DNA from: a virus | Lineage: Duplodnaviria > Caudoviricetes | Reading direction: 5' to 3' (one strand) | DNA length: 64,000 nucleotides | Virus record (IMG/VR): IMGVR_UViG_3300010348_001730 | Location: 29,822-93,821 of that record | Shown here: positions 1 through 9,946 of the stretch, one piece after another | Layout: each line of letters opens with the position of its first letter | Numbering within the stretch: the first letter of the stretch is position 1 | Position numbers and translations under genes: made by a program | Notes under the pieces: generated by a model | The model's input: only the letters and a program-made list of their open reading frames with translations | Told to the model about the DNA's origin: nothing | Databases searched by the model: none

Positions 1-429
1 TTTAGGATTAGATTTTGTTCCATAATTTGCAAAAACATTAAATGATTTACCTAAAACCGCATTTTTCAAAAGCATTGCCATTTTATCAACCATTTCTTGA
101 GGTGAAGCTGCTTGAACTGTAGGGTCACCATCTGCTGCAACAATAATTGAAGCAAATTTATTCCATTGTTTTTCAACAGCTTTTTCAAAAGGTCCATATT
201 GAGCATTATGTGTCTTTTCATTTAAATAATACACACCATCATTAGTACTAGCTCCTTTTGAATCAGTATAAGTGATTTGATAATCAGGTTTATTTTTACC
301 TTCATCCTGATAATCTACTCCTTTTTTAGCAATTGATACAGTTACATTTTCTACACGACCTGCAACTCCATCATTAAAGATTAATACTCCATTTCCTTCT
401 TTTACGTTTTCTTTTCCGAATGTAAACAT
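1..429 (-). CDS. Putative ssDNA-binding/replication protein (partial, runs off window)
   Basis: ATG at 429, open to window edge (MFTFGKENVKEGNGVLIFNDG...); lies directly downstream of the Sak4-like ATPase, the usual SSB position. Function inferred from position only. Confidence 0.45.
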   Translation of the reverse strand, partial: MFTFGKENVKEGNGVLIFNDGVAGRVENVTVSIAKKGVDYQDEGKNKPDYQITYTDSKGASTNDGVYYLNEKTHNAQYGPFEKAVEKQWNKFASIIVAADGDPTVQAASPQEMVDKMAMLLKNAVLGKSFNVFANYGTKSNPK

Positions 430-488
430 ATTAATTATTTTATATTTAAGTTATTAATTGATTTGACTTTTATTTAGAAGTCTAACTA

Positions 489-1253
489 TTATTCATTAAT
501 AAATATTTGTGACCAATCTATAGAAATTTTTCCATCAAAATCACTTTCAGCAATAACGATTTGTTTACCTCTTAAATGCTCTGATCTAGCACCAACAATT
601 GCTGATTCTGATGGAGCAAAATTAAGAATAGTTTTATTTTCATGTCGATATAAATACGCTATTGCATCAGCATCAGCACAAACCATTGAAGGTATTCTTC
701 CTGTTAAATCTAATGATTTTTCATCAATTTCTCCATCTTCAGTAGTAATATTTTTTCTTTTAACATGTCCTACCAAGATTAATGTATCACATACTTTTTC
801 AAATTGATTAATTACAAAGAAAAAAGCATCTCTAACATAAGTATATCCTGCACCCATAGGAAGTTTTCTAACATCATTTCCCATCCAATTTGATCCCATT
901 GGAGTTTGACGATACATATCTGCTGCTAATGGAAGAAGAATATCTTCTAATACTGTTACAGTATCTAAAGATATATATTTATAAGGATTTTTACCTATTT
1001 TAGATTTTACTTCATTGAGTTCTTTTATAATTTGTTTTACAACATCTAAAGAATGAACTCCTTGTTCTTCAGCTTGTTTAGGTACATTTATTTTTAAACC
1101 TTCAACAAAATCAGAACCACCTTCCAAATCTACAATTAAATTGTTTTCAAGATTTGCTAAACAAGTGGTTTTACCTGATTTAGGTTGACTAAAAATTATT
1201 AATTTTTTTGGGTTTTTTCTACTTGCCCCTATTTTTTTTTGAGGTAATATCAT
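489..1253 (-). CDS. AAA_24/Sak4-like P-loop ATPase
   Basis: Walker A SQPKSGKTT, DLEGGS, Walker B-like ISLDTVT, LILVGH and DAIAY motifs. Confidence 0.8.
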   Translation of the reverse strand: MILPQKKIGASRKNPKKLIIFSQPKSGKTTCLANLENNLIVDLEGGSDFVEGLKINVPKQAEEQGVHSLDVVKQIIKELNEVKSKIGKNPYKYISLDTVTVLEDILLPLAADMYRQTPMGSNWMGNDVRKLPMGAGYTYVRDAFFFVINQFEKVCDTLILVGHVKRKNITTEDGEIDEKSLDLTGRIPSMVCADADAIAYLYRHENKTILNFAPSESAIVGARSEHLRGKQIVIAESDFDGKISIDWSQIFINE

Positions 1254-1270
1254 TAATTTTATTTTTACTA

Positions 1271-2188
1271 TTAAATTTCACATCCTGCACCACTACACGC
1301 AGCTTCTCCACTAAGATTAGTATTATCTTGTAATTCAATTACTTTAGATAAATCTACATCTTTTAATACAGACATCATTTTTTCATAAGTTTCTTCACTA
1401 CAATCTTCAAATGGAGTTTGTTGATATGTACCACCATTATAAGGTAATACACTAAGACCATTATAATAATCTTTATTTACCCACATCCATTCACCAACAA
1501 TTTTCCATTCATCTGGTCTAACAGAAACAGTACAAGATACATTATGTGTGTTTTGTCCTCTTACATGTCCATTTTTTACCCAGTTTTTAGAAATAAATTT
1601 AACTCTTTCAAGTAAATCTAATGTTGATTCATGTCTTGTTATAGCTCCTTCTGGAGCTTTTTGTGGAACAGAAATTACAGATTGAGTATTAGGACTAAAA
1701 TATTCATCTTCAAGCAATTCAGGATGATATATTGCTAAATATGAATATATCGCTTCATTTTTTCCTAAGCGCATTCTACGAATATAATAATCATTATGCC
1801 ATGCATGTATACCTGAAGAAGTACCAAGCACAAGACTAGTAGTTCCTGCGGGTTTAACTGCGGTAGTTCTGGCTGCAGCATTAATACCAATTATTTCTGC
1901 TAAATTTACATTTTCACTTTTGACAATTTCAGAAGCTTGTTCATAATCTAATTGTAAATTACTTTCAGAAGCAATACCAGTCATAGAAACACCTAATAAG
2001 GCATCTTTTTCAGTATTTTTTCTCCAAATGTCTCTTAAATAGTGAAAATCAGTATAACTTGCTTGTAATGTTGCAATAAAAGATGCAGCTCTAGCTCTAT
2101 TATTTAAATCATTTTGATCTAATATATCAGACATATTTATTTCCACAAGATTACAAAACTGATATGGTCTTAAAGCAATTTCACAACA
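1271..2188 (-). CDS. nrdJ: Class II (B12-dependent) ribonucleotide reductase, exon 3
   Basis: CCEIALRPYQFCNL, TTAVKPAGTTS, C-terminal ACSGAGCEI; joins exon 2 to restore GTNP-CCEI. Confidence 0.9.
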   Translation of the reverse strand, partial: CCEIALRPYQFCNLVEINMSDILDQNDLNNRARAASFIATLQASYTDFHYLRDIWRKNTEKDALLGVSMTGIASESNLQLDYEQASEIVKSENVNLAEIIGINAAARTTAVKPAGTTSLVLGTSSGIHAWHNDYYIRRMRLGKNEAIYSYLAIYHPELLEDEYFSPNTQSVISVPQKAPEGAITRHESTLDLLERVKFISKNWVKNGHVRGQNTHNVSCTVSVRPDEWKIVGEWMWVNKDYYNGLSVLPYNGGTYQQTPFEDCSEETYEKMMSVLKDVDLSKVIELQDNTNLSGEAACSGAGCEI

Positions 2189-2990
2189 CAATTTTATTAC
2201 TCTATATATATATTATAGAGGATTAGTCATTTCTGCTAATCTCTTCATTTCCCAATGAAGTTTGGACTATCTCATCATCTGATTTCTCAGAGTTTAACGT
2301 AGGAATAGGAAACTTATACTCAAAAGATTTAAAAATATATGGTTTGCATCCTTCATATAATTTATTATAATCTTTATTTCTAAGTCTCAATTCGTAATAT
2401 CCTTTGTTATTTACAACATTAAACATTATTCCTAAATTTTCTTCAATCGCTTTTTTTATCAATAAATTATCTCCATATGAAAATGAATTTGTATGAATAT
2501 ACAAATTAGATAGTCTTCCATCTTTTGTAGATGAAGAACCATCATCTTGGATTAATATTGTTAAAGATTCAAAATCTAATAATTTAAGATAATGAGGATT
2601 AATTACTTTCTTATTTTGTAAATACAATCGTTTTCTTAATTTTTCATAAATAGGATGAGTCCTACTTCTGATAACTTTATTTTGAGAATGATTTTTATTT
2701 TTAATTTTTCTATCATACTCTGAACAATTGGTAATATTTTCTAAAATACTTTTTTTCCACATCAAATAATCTAAATTATCAACATTATGTGAAATAGATA
2801 TTCTTGAGTTTTTACCATGTTTCTCTAACGATCCGTCTCCCATTATAAAAAATGAGAGTAATTTAATTAATTCTTTTCTATTCATAGTCTCTACACAACT
2901 CATATCGAGTTAGCACGGGATTTTCTGTTCTAGATTTTCCCCGTTTTTAGTTAAATTTTCTATGTTAATCACTTAACAAAGCCCCCGTTG
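2189..2990 (-). mobile_element. Group I intron 2 in nrdJ
   Basis: Exon ends in U (AACCCU) that can pair with GGGGG (P1); intron ends in G; GAGACTATG and GATAGTCC P7 elements; removal restores frame at NP|CCE. Confidence 0.88.
2223..2903 (-). CDS. Intron-encoded LAGLIDADG homing endonuclease
   Basis: Two LAGLIDADG-type helices (SFFIMGDGSL, TILIQDDGS) and HTNSFS motif; lies inside intron 2. Confidence 0.85.
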   Translation of the reverse strand: MSCVETMNRKELIKLLSFFIMGDGSLEKHGKNSRISISHNVDNLDYLMWKKSILENITNCSEYDRKIKNKNHSQNKVIRSRTHPIYEKLRKRLYLQNKKVINPHYLKLLDFESLTILIQDDGSSSTKDGRLSNLYIHTNSFSYGDNLLIKKAIEENLGIMFNVVNNKGYYELRLRNKDYNKLYEGCKPYIFKSFEYKFPIPTLNSEKSDDEIVQTSLGNEEISRND

Positions 2991-3596
2991 AGGGTTTGTA
3001 CCCCAATCTCTATCATTAGTTAAATATATACCAGGCTCACCACTTCCTGATGCTTCAATTCTTTCCCAAACTTTATCAAATGTTTTTTTGTCAATTTTAT
3101 GACGTAATAAAGTTACAGAATTGTTTGCTCTACCTCTTTGAGGATTAGTTTCCCACCAATTACCAGCTTTACAATTTAACATAGCATCACTATCTAAATC
3201 AAATAAACTAATCATAGCAGCACGTCTAATACCTCCTGCCAATACTGCATCTGCAATATGACATTGTATATCGTGACATTCAATATCAGTTAATTTAGAA
3301 GATTCTTCTTTTTCTCTTAAAATAGCTTCAATTTTTACTAATGCTATTCTTAATGGTTCAGGACCAGGTGCTTTACCACCAGCTGTAACTAATAGCGCTC
3401 CTTTTGGTCTAATATCTGACAAATCAAATTCTATATGTGAAGTAATACTACCAGTATAAGATTTAAATAATGTTTTAATAGCATCAGCCCAACCAATAAT
3501 ACTGTCCTGAACAACGTATTTTTTCTTTCTATTATAATTAGGTTTTCTAATTTCAGGTAATTTGTCAATATGGTGATTTTGTACACTATAACCAAC
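2991..3596 (-). CDS. nrdJ: Class II ribonucleotide reductase, exon 2
   Basis: VGYSVQ, DLSDIRPKGA, GGIRRAAMISL, RANNS, GEPG, WGTNP. Confidence 0.9.
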
Positions 3597-4720
3597 CACG
3601 GTTTGTTATCGTAGCTTTTTTAATTACTACTTCTGTATTTTCTTTTGTTATATACAGTTCAGACTATCTCTTCATTTTTATAAAAAAAATGTTGGACGCT
3701 CTTGGATATATTATATTCTAATTAAAAAAGAAGTTTCAGCCGCTGCTTCACCGTAAAATTCCCTCTTTCAGAATTCACTGTTATCTTCTTTTATAATTAG
3801 TTTCAATATCTAGTCGTTGCACCTTCAAGTAGTGTTTAACTACAAGCTTGGCTCAGGATTGTCCACTTCTGGAGTTTCCCTGAATTCATCCAATTTTACA
3901 CGGGCGTTGGAAATATAAAATTGCTCCTTATATAATTTATCAATATTTCTTCGTATAGTAGGTGAAGATACTTTTAAATAATTAGCAGTCATTTTAAAAC
4001 TTTCAAATTCTAAAATTTCATTATTTACAGTGTTGTAAATAAATATTTTTTTATTATTTTGTTTAAAATTTAATCTCCCAATATATTTTCCTGGATTTTC
4101 ACCATAAGTTATTTGATAGTTTTTCCATCTTTTAACTTTTTTACTTAATACTTTTTCTAAACTACTTTGAGGAACATTTAGTATTTTAACACATTCTGAA
4201 CAAGAATTAAAATTTTGTATAAAATTACCATTTAAATCAAAAATAGAAATTTTAACAGTATTTGTTGGTTTAATTAAATTATTTTCATACTTATATTTTA
4301 AAGTATTACTTATTTTTAATTTTTGAGAATTTGATATAATTTTATTTTTATAACCCTCTCCTCTATCATCATGGTTTGTTAAATTATAATTATATTTTAA
4401 AGCTTTTTTAATATAATTTTTTTCAACTTCATGTGAATAAGACCAACCTTCTACAATTTTTAATTCTTTTATTTTTGGTATTAAACCTTGTTTTAATAAA
4501 GATTGAATCCAAAAATCCCGATGTGTCTGTTTTAATTTGGATTTTGAAATATGACCAATTAATCTTTTATTTAAAGATTGCGTTGTTCTACCTATATATC
4601 TTATTTTACAAGTTATAGGATCTATTAATGTGTATATTTTTACTTTCATAATACAAATATACAATATTTTTATTTAATTTCCAAATATTTTACTAATTAT
4701 TTTATAATTTTATTTATTAT
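3597..4720 (-). mobile_element. Group I intron 1 in nrdJ
   Basis: Exon ends GGU, intron ends G; core elements GAATTCAGGGAAAC, AATCCTGAGCCAAGC, GCAACGACTAGA, AGAGATAGTCT; removal restores LLGGTG|VGYSVQ. Confidence 0.9.
3840..4664 (-). CDS. Intron-encoded GIY-YIG homing endonuclease with NUMOD1-like repeats (probable start ATG 4649)
   Basis: KIYTL...RYIGRT...R...H, and two C-terminal 'F.S..E/M..A/V..L' DNA-binding repeats. Confidence 0.85.
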   Translation of the reverse strand: MYICIMKVKIYTLIDPITCKIRYIGRTTQSLNKRLIGHISKSKLKQTHRDFWIQSLLKQGLIPKIKELKIVEGWSYSHEVEKNYIKKALKYNYNLTNHDDRGEGYKNKIISNSQKLKISNTLKYKYENNLIKPTNTVKISIFDLNGNFIQNFNSCSECVKILNVPQSSLEKVLSKKVKRWKNYQITYGENPGKYIGRLNFKQNNKKIFIYNTVNNEILEFESFKMTANYLKVSSPTIRRNIDKLYKEQFYISNARVKLDEFRETPEVDNPEPSL

Positions 4721-5056
4721 ACCCGTACCACCTAATAGTAAAAACATAGTTTCACTAAAACTACGTATATCATCAATAGGTAAAAAAGCACAATTGTAAA
4801 TTCTAGAATTATTTAAGTTTATTGCTCTACCACCAAACTGTAACGAACGCATTGATGGTAATATTTTTTTAGGAAATACAAAATCTTTGTAAATTCCTCG
4901 AATATCTGCTTCTAATTGCGGATATTTTGTAATATGCATATTCATATTACGAGTAACTAATTCCTCCCAAGTTTCTCTTCTTTCTAACTCAGGTAGATAT
5001 TTTGCATATTTTGTATATACAGTAATATCACTTAAAATTTTTTTATCTAACTCCAT
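4721..5056 (-). CDS. nrdJ: Class II ribonucleotide reductase, exon 1
   Basis: KYAKY..RRETWEE, PSMRSLQFGG, YNCAF, MFLLLGGTG. Confidence 0.9.
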
Positions 5057-5080
5057 TCAATCTCTCTGCAAAAATTTTAA

Positions 5081-5908
5081 TTATCTTCCTTTAAATTCTG
5101 GATAGAGTTCTTTTGCCCTATCACTTTGATAATATTCTTTAGTATCTATATTCATAACTGTAATTCTACCAAACCATCCACCTCCTGTGTCAAGGTTCCA
5201 TATATTTGCAGCATGCATAGGAGTATCTTTTCCCCAAAATTCTGTTGAAGTATGTCCAATGAATATTTCTTTGAACTCATCAACCATTTTAAATTTTGGT
5301 TTATAATTAGCTATAGGATCAGGAACATCATGAACAGGACATCTATCCATACCTACCATAGATTCATAAGATAAAGCTTGACTCCACAAATCTCTATCCC
5401 ACCAATAAACAAATTCATCCTGATCTTCTAACTTATAATGTCTGTTAAAACCACCATGAATAAATAGTCTACCTTTTTCATCTTCGTAATAAGGTAACTG
5501 ATTCTTAAACAAATCCCTATGAGACTGAGGAATCATATAAGGTTTTAAATTTCTTAAAATACCCATATGTTGTTCATCAATAGCTCTTGCAGGGTTACCA
5601 TTAATCATACAATTTTTAGCGTAAGAAAATCCTGTTGCAGCTTGTCCTTGTTGCCAATTTGTAGCTGGAATACCTGTTGTAAGAAAATCATTCCACCAAT
5701 CATCATGGTTACCTTTAACTAAATGTTTATTTTTGATTTTAAGTAATTCTTCAATTACTTCAAATGTTTCAGAATGACCATCACATAAATCACCTAATGA
5801 AATAAGTTCATCATTTTCATAATCAAACCCTGCTCTTTGTAAAGCTTGTTTAAAACCTTTATAGTTACCATGAATGTCACCTACTACAAATTTTCTTTTA
5901 TTTTTCAT
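5081..5908 (-). CDS. Calcineurin-like metallophosphoesterase (Ser/Thr phosphatase-like)
   Basis: GDIHG, GDLCD, GNHD, HGG, GHT and DTG motifs. Confidence 0.9.
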   Translation of the reverse strand: MKNKRKFVVGDIHGNYKGFKQALQRAGFDYENDELISLGDLCDGHSETFEVIEELLKIKNKHLVKGNHDDWWNDFLTTGIPATNWQQGQAATGFSYAKNCMINGNPARAIDEQHMGILRNLKPYMIPQSHRDLFKNQLPYYEDEKGRLFIHGGFNRHYKLEDQDEFVYWWDRDLWSQALSYESMVGMDRCPVHDVPDPIANYKPKFKMVDEFKEIFIGHTSTEFWGKDTPMHAANIWNLDTGGGWFGRITVMNIDTKEYYQSDRAKELYPEFKGR

Positions 5909-6278
5909 GTTCTATTAATTTTTTTCTTAAAGTTTCAATAGGAAACGTAATAGGACCATATTCTGAATCAGAACAATCAAAAATTACTTGATTTCCTACT
6001 AAACTTAAATAAGCGTTTCTGTTGTATTTTGCTTCACCTAAAAAAACATAAGACATTTTGACATCTTGGTCAGTCTGACTAATCTGACTAGTCTGACTAA
6101 CCAGACTTTGTAATTTTTGAATGTACAAAATAGCATCCATTAATTCTTGTTTTAAGTGTTCTAAAAAATCATCAGAATTATTTTCAGCTAACGTTGTACC
6201 ATATTTTTTAATACCTAATTCAGAACGTTTTCTGAATTGATTAATTATACTTTCTACAATAGAATCTGTTTTACTCAT
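5898..6278 (-). CDS. Phage protein, all-alpha nucleotide pyrophosphohydrolase-like
   Basis: RSELGIKKYGTTL...HLKQELMDAILY motif common in phages; contains a 9-nt tandem repeat (SQT/SQI) at ~6073-6098. Confidence 0.5.
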   Translation of the reverse strand: MSKTDSIVESIINQFRKRSELGIKKYGTTLAENNSDDFLEHLKQELMDAILYIQKLQSLVSQTSQISQTDQDVKMSYVFLGEAKYNRNAYLSLVGNQVIFDCSDSEYGPITFPIETLRKKLIEHEK

Positions 6279-6313
6279 TACTAATTTATTTTAGTTTATA
6301 AATTTTCTTTGAT

Positions 6314-6348
6314 GAATCTGAAGATGATTTTTATTATCTTCAGATTCA
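6314..6348. terminator. Long inverted-repeat hairpin, terminator-like
   Basis: TGAATCTGAAGATGAT-loop-ATTATCTTCAGATTCA in intergenic space. Confidence 0.55.
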
Positions 6349-6394
6349 AACTTCAGAAAAGACAATATTCTGTCAATATTGTCGATAAACATAA

Positions 6395-6655
6395 TTATTT
6401 TACTTTAAAAACTTCTCCTGCAATTTTAATTGCATTAATAGTTCTTGGGTCAACACTACGATAACCTTTATCTTGTGCAGAATACATACGAATATATCCT
6501 GTACGAGTAGTATTTTCTTTTTTACACAGTCCATTAATAGTTCTGTCATTACCATCTTTCTTTACAAAAGTTACAGTAAAGAATTTACCAGCATTGTCAT
6601 TAATCATGCTGACTGCTTTTGTTCGAGTTATTGTTTTATTTTTACTCATTTTCAT
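6395..6655 (-). CDS. Small basic SH3/WYL-like phage protein
   Basis: FFTVTFVKKDG..R...YRS pattern typical of this phage family. Confidence 0.55.
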   Translation of the reverse strand: MKMSKNKTITRTKAVSMINDNAGKFFTVTFVKKDGNDRTINGLCKKENTTRTGYIRMYSAQDKGYRSVDPRTINAIKIAGEVFKVK

Positions 6656-6790
6656 TAATTTTAGATTTTAAACCTCTTGATTTTTTAGTGAATACTCCTC
6701 CACTAACTGTTTTTACATTTTTGTCAGGTGTTAAACCCATACCTCCAATAGTGTAAAATATTTTTCTTCTTGTTTTCTTTTCTGAAGCCA

Positions 6791-7705
6791 TTAGAATATG
6801 TTTAATTGTTTTAATTTATGTAACTGATTATCATTTACAAGTGAGAAATTATCATCATTCATATCAACATATGAATTAGTACAATAAATACCATCAAAAT
6901 ATTTATTAAGTTCTTTTAAACCTTTTGAAAATATTCCATGAGTTATTATTAAATATATTTTTGGTTGCTCAACAGAATTATGAACTCTATCTCTAATAGT
7001 TTTTGCAATATTAATAAATGTTGCGCCACCATCACAAATATCATCTATAATAATAAGATCTTTACCCGTAAATTCATAAGGTACATTTACTTTACTTAAT
7101 TGACCATGTTCATCACGAGACTTACTACAAGTAATAATATCTCCTTTATAACCAATTTGTTCAGCTACTTTAAAAATCTTTTTATTTGCACCAGAATCTG
7201 GAGATACTAAAATAAAATCATCATCATAAAATTTTCCAGTATCTTCTGATAATTTTAACATAGAAGAGAGACTAAATTTAATTAAATCTAAGTTACTATT
7301 TTTGTTAAAATTATTTAAACAAGCTTCTAACACATCACTATGAGGATCTAAAACAGTTACAGAATCAAAATTCAAACTATTGATAATAGGACAAATTACA
7401 TCTTTAAGATAATTATTAGAACCTTCTTCAAATTTTCTATCACTTCTACTTCCTAAGAAATAAGGAGTATAAAGATTAATATTTTGAATTCCTAATTCTC
7501 TTAATGATTTTGTAGCACAAATAATTAATTCTAAATCTTTAAAATTGTTTAATCTTGCTTTTATTTGAACATCTGTTCTTAAATGAGGTTCACCATATTG
7601 ATAATCTTCATCTTCAAAAAGATCTTTACAACTTAATATTTTAACTTGTTGTTGACCATCTGGAAATCTAGAAATTTCATATTTAATTTCCAAATTTTTA
7701 GACAA
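6791..7705 (-). CDS. prs: Ribose-phosphate pyrophosphokinase-like protein
   Basis: FPDGQ, PYFLGSRSDR, DPHS, SPDSGA, IIDDICDGGATF, THGIFS. Confidence 0.88.
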   Translation of the reverse strand: MSKNLEIKYEISRFPDGQQQVKILSCKDLFEDEDYQYGEPHLRTDVQIKARLNNFKDLELIICATKSLRELGIQNINLYTPYFLGSRSDRKFEEGSNNYLKDVICPIINSLNFDSVTVLDPHSDVLEACLNNFNKNSNLDLIKFSLSSMLKLSEDTGKFYDDDFILVSPDSGANKKIFKVAEQIGYKGDIITCSKSRDEHGQLSKVNVPYEFTGKDLIIIDDICDGGATFINIAKTIRDRVHNSVEQPKIYLIITHGIFSKGLKELNKYFDGIYCTNSYVDMNDDNFSLVNDNQLHKLKQLNIF

Positions 7706-7767
7706 CTATTTTTAAATTATTTATAACCATCGGTTAAATATAAACTGTTTATTTTAAATGACATGTT

Positions 7768-8859
7768 TTAATTTTTTATTCTTGTTATAATATCCTCATA
7801 TCCAATAAGAATATTGTTAATCCACTTCTCATCTACTGTGTTCATAAGAACAAGTATGTGTATCTGTGCTTCGTGATTTTTTCTTTTTCTAATAATTCTA
7901 CCTATTCTTTGAAATAAATTCTTAGGGTTAGAATTACATTGAAGTATTACTCCAATATCAAGATTTTTAATATTTTCACCTTCATTTAAAGATTCAACTA
8001 CACCTAATCTGTTAATTTTTTCATTAACAAATAAATCATAGTATTTATCAGTTGTTTTAGAATGATAAATTTCAGTCATAATTTCCTCAATTTGTTTAAT
8101 GCTTTGAGAAAATATTAAAATTCTTTTATCTGAAGGTAATTTAGCTAAGAGTTTCTTAGCATATTCTGTTTTTGTACTAGAATTATAAATAAATCTTGCT
8201 CTTAAAAGATAATCCATTTGAGTAGGAAAAGCTTTTTCATCTATTTTTTTACATAGATATTCATACATACCTTTTTCTGACTGAAGAAAACTTATTTTCT
8301 TAGTTTTTACTCTAATGTTTCTAATAACATTAAGATTTAATTCATGAAGATAAATTTTAAGAGGTGCCACAATTCCGATTTCAATAGCTTTTTTTAAAGA
8401 TAATTCATATATAATATTACATTTTAACATGTTAAATAATATATGTTTTTTTTGGTCATCTCGTGGAATTGTTGCAGTTAAAACTAATAATTTTAATCTT
8501 TCATGATGATTTTTAAATGGTTGTACATTATTTATACTTATATTATGACCTTCGTCTAAACAACAACCATCATATTGACTTAAATCTATTTTAGAAAGAC
8601 TTGCGTAACAACATCTGGTAATATAAGTGTTATAAATATGTAATTTATTCCATTTTTTAAATTCTTCTTTCCAATTTTTATCTCGTAATTTTTCAGTAGG
8701 AACTACTAATAACCAAGGTTTTTTTTCTTTAGAAACTATATCTATTAAAATTTTACTTTTTCCTGAACCAGTAGCTAATGCAGCAGTACCTTTACAATTA
8801 TTTTCGTACCATTTTTTTTCTACATCTTTCTGTATTTCTTCTTGCAAGTTCATTATCAA
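7768..8859 (-). CDS. Superfamily 2 helicase
   Basis: ATGSGKS, DEGH, LTAT, QRIGRIIR. Confidence 0.9.
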   Translation of the reverse strand: MIMNLQEEIQKDVEKKWYENNCKGTAALATGSGKSKILIDIVSKEKKPWLLVVPTEKLRDKNWKEEFKKWNKLHIYNTYITRCCYASLSKIDLSQYDGCCLDEGHNISINNVQPFKNHHERLKLLVLTATIPRDDQKKHILFNMLKCNIIYELSLKKAIEIGIVAPLKIYLHELNLNVIRNIRVKTKKISFLQSEKGMYEYLCKKIDEKAFPTQMDYLLRARFIYNSSTKTEYAKKLLAKLPSDKRILIFSQSIKQIEEIMTEIYHSKTTDKYYDLFVNEKINRLGVVESLNEGENIKNLDIGVILQCNSNPKNLFQRIGRIIRKRKNHEAQIHILVLMNTVDEKWINNILIGYEDIITRIKN

Positions 8860-9127
8860 GTTTTAATTTTAATATTTCAAAAGCTAGATTTTCATTCATC
8901 GTCATAGATCCTTGAAAAAATTCAAATTTTTTATCAGATAAGATAAGAGTTTTTAAATCTTCTTCAATATGAATATTACATCCTCTTTTTTTAAATCCAA
9001 AATGTTCATTTAAAGGTCTTAAACGACAACCATATGTAGATGAAAATTGGATATTTAAAGAAACAACTATAATATTATATTTAATTTCAGAACCTTTTTT
9101 AGTTTTATGATAAATAATTTTAGCCAT
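8798..9127 (-). CDS. Hypothetical protein (shared C-terminal motif family)
   Basis: ORF in co-directional cluster; NENLAFEILK motif. Confidence 0.55.
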   Translation of the reverse strand: MAKIIYHKTKKGSEIKYNIIVVSLNIQFSSTYGCRLRPLNEHFGFKKRGCNIHIEEDLKTLILSDKKFEFFQGSMTMNENLAFEILKLKLDNELARRNTERCRKKMVRK

Positions 9128-9374
9128 TTAATTTTTCAATTTTTTGTTTAATTATTTCTTTACCTAGCTTAATATTATTTATATCCTCACTTAAAAATAA
9201 ATTTATAACATTATCTTCTAAAAAAAGATTTATTTTTATTTCAGATTTAAAAAAATCTGAAGCTAGAAAAATGTTTTTATGAATAATATCATTAATTATT
9301 AATAATTTTAATTCACAAATTCCAATTGTAAAATTATTTTTAGTATCTCGATATAAAATAGTATACTCTTTCAA
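9120..9374 (-). CDS. Hypothetical protein (shared C-terminal motif family)
   Basis: LFLSEDINNIKLGKEIIK. Confidence 0.6.
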   Translation of the reverse strand: MKEYTILYRDTKNNFTIGICELKLLIINDIIHKNIFLASDFFKSEIKINLFLEDNVINLFLSEDINNIKLGKEIIKQKIEKLNG

Positions 9375-9376
9375 AA

Positions 9377-9646
9377 TTATTTTTTTAAAACTTCATATTT
9401 TTCAATAATTAATAAACAAGAATCACCAACTTTCCATTGATTTTCTAAACTAAATGGAATTTCAACTTCTATAGTATTTTTATTATCTTGTACCCATATT
9501 CTAGGAAGAGTTGCGACTCTTCCAACATGTCCTTCAGAAAAAGCTGAAACTTTACCTTTTATTACTTCTTGACCAACATGTCTATATTGAGGTTCTTCAC
9601 AAGAAAACAATGATATTAGAAACAATAAAAATAATATTTTTTTCAT
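9377..9646 (-). CDS. Putative lipoprotein
   Basis: MKK + hydrophobic stretch + LFSC lipobox. Confidence 0.6.
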   Translation of the reverse strand: MKKILFLLFLISLFSCEEPQYRHVGQEVIKGKVSAFSEGHVGRVATLPRIWVQDNKNTIEVEIPFSLENQWKVGDSCLLIIEKYEVLKK

Positions 9647-9945
9647 TGTTGTAGTTTATTACGTTCATCTCTAAGTCTTGCAGCATCTTCATAACGTTGT
9701 TCTGCTACAGCTTCTGCAATTTTAGTATCATATTCCTTAATAACTTCATTCTTTGTTTTCTTAGGAACATATACTGTAACAATTTTAGTCATTGTATCGT
9801 CATGAGAAGTAAATGTTCTTGTAATAATTTTACAATCTTCAGTATTAGTGATTTCTTCACTAACAATTCCTAAATCCACTAATTCTGAGAAATTTAATCC
9901 TTCTTGAATACCGTTTAATAACCAATCAATAATTGTTTGTTTCAT
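9643..9945 (-). CDS. UVR (UvrB/UvrC) coiled-coil motif protein
   Basis: C-terminal AEAVAEQRYEDAARLRDE. Confidence 0.7.
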   Translation of the reverse strand: MKQTIIDWLLNGIQEGLNFSELVDLGIVSEEITNTEDCKIITRTFTSHDDTMTKIVTVYVPKKTKNEVIKEYDTKIAEAVAEQRYEDAARLRDERNKLQQ

Positions 9946-9946
9946 T

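Noticed and set aside
1271-5056. nrdJ as a fragmented pseudogene or intein-containing gene
   Set aside because: The interruptions contain stops, have group I core elements and U/G splice boundaries, and splice perfectly in frame.
6073-6107. 9-nt tandem repeat (GTCTGACTA)
   Set aside because: An in-frame low-complexity linker (SQT/SQI) with no sign of further function.
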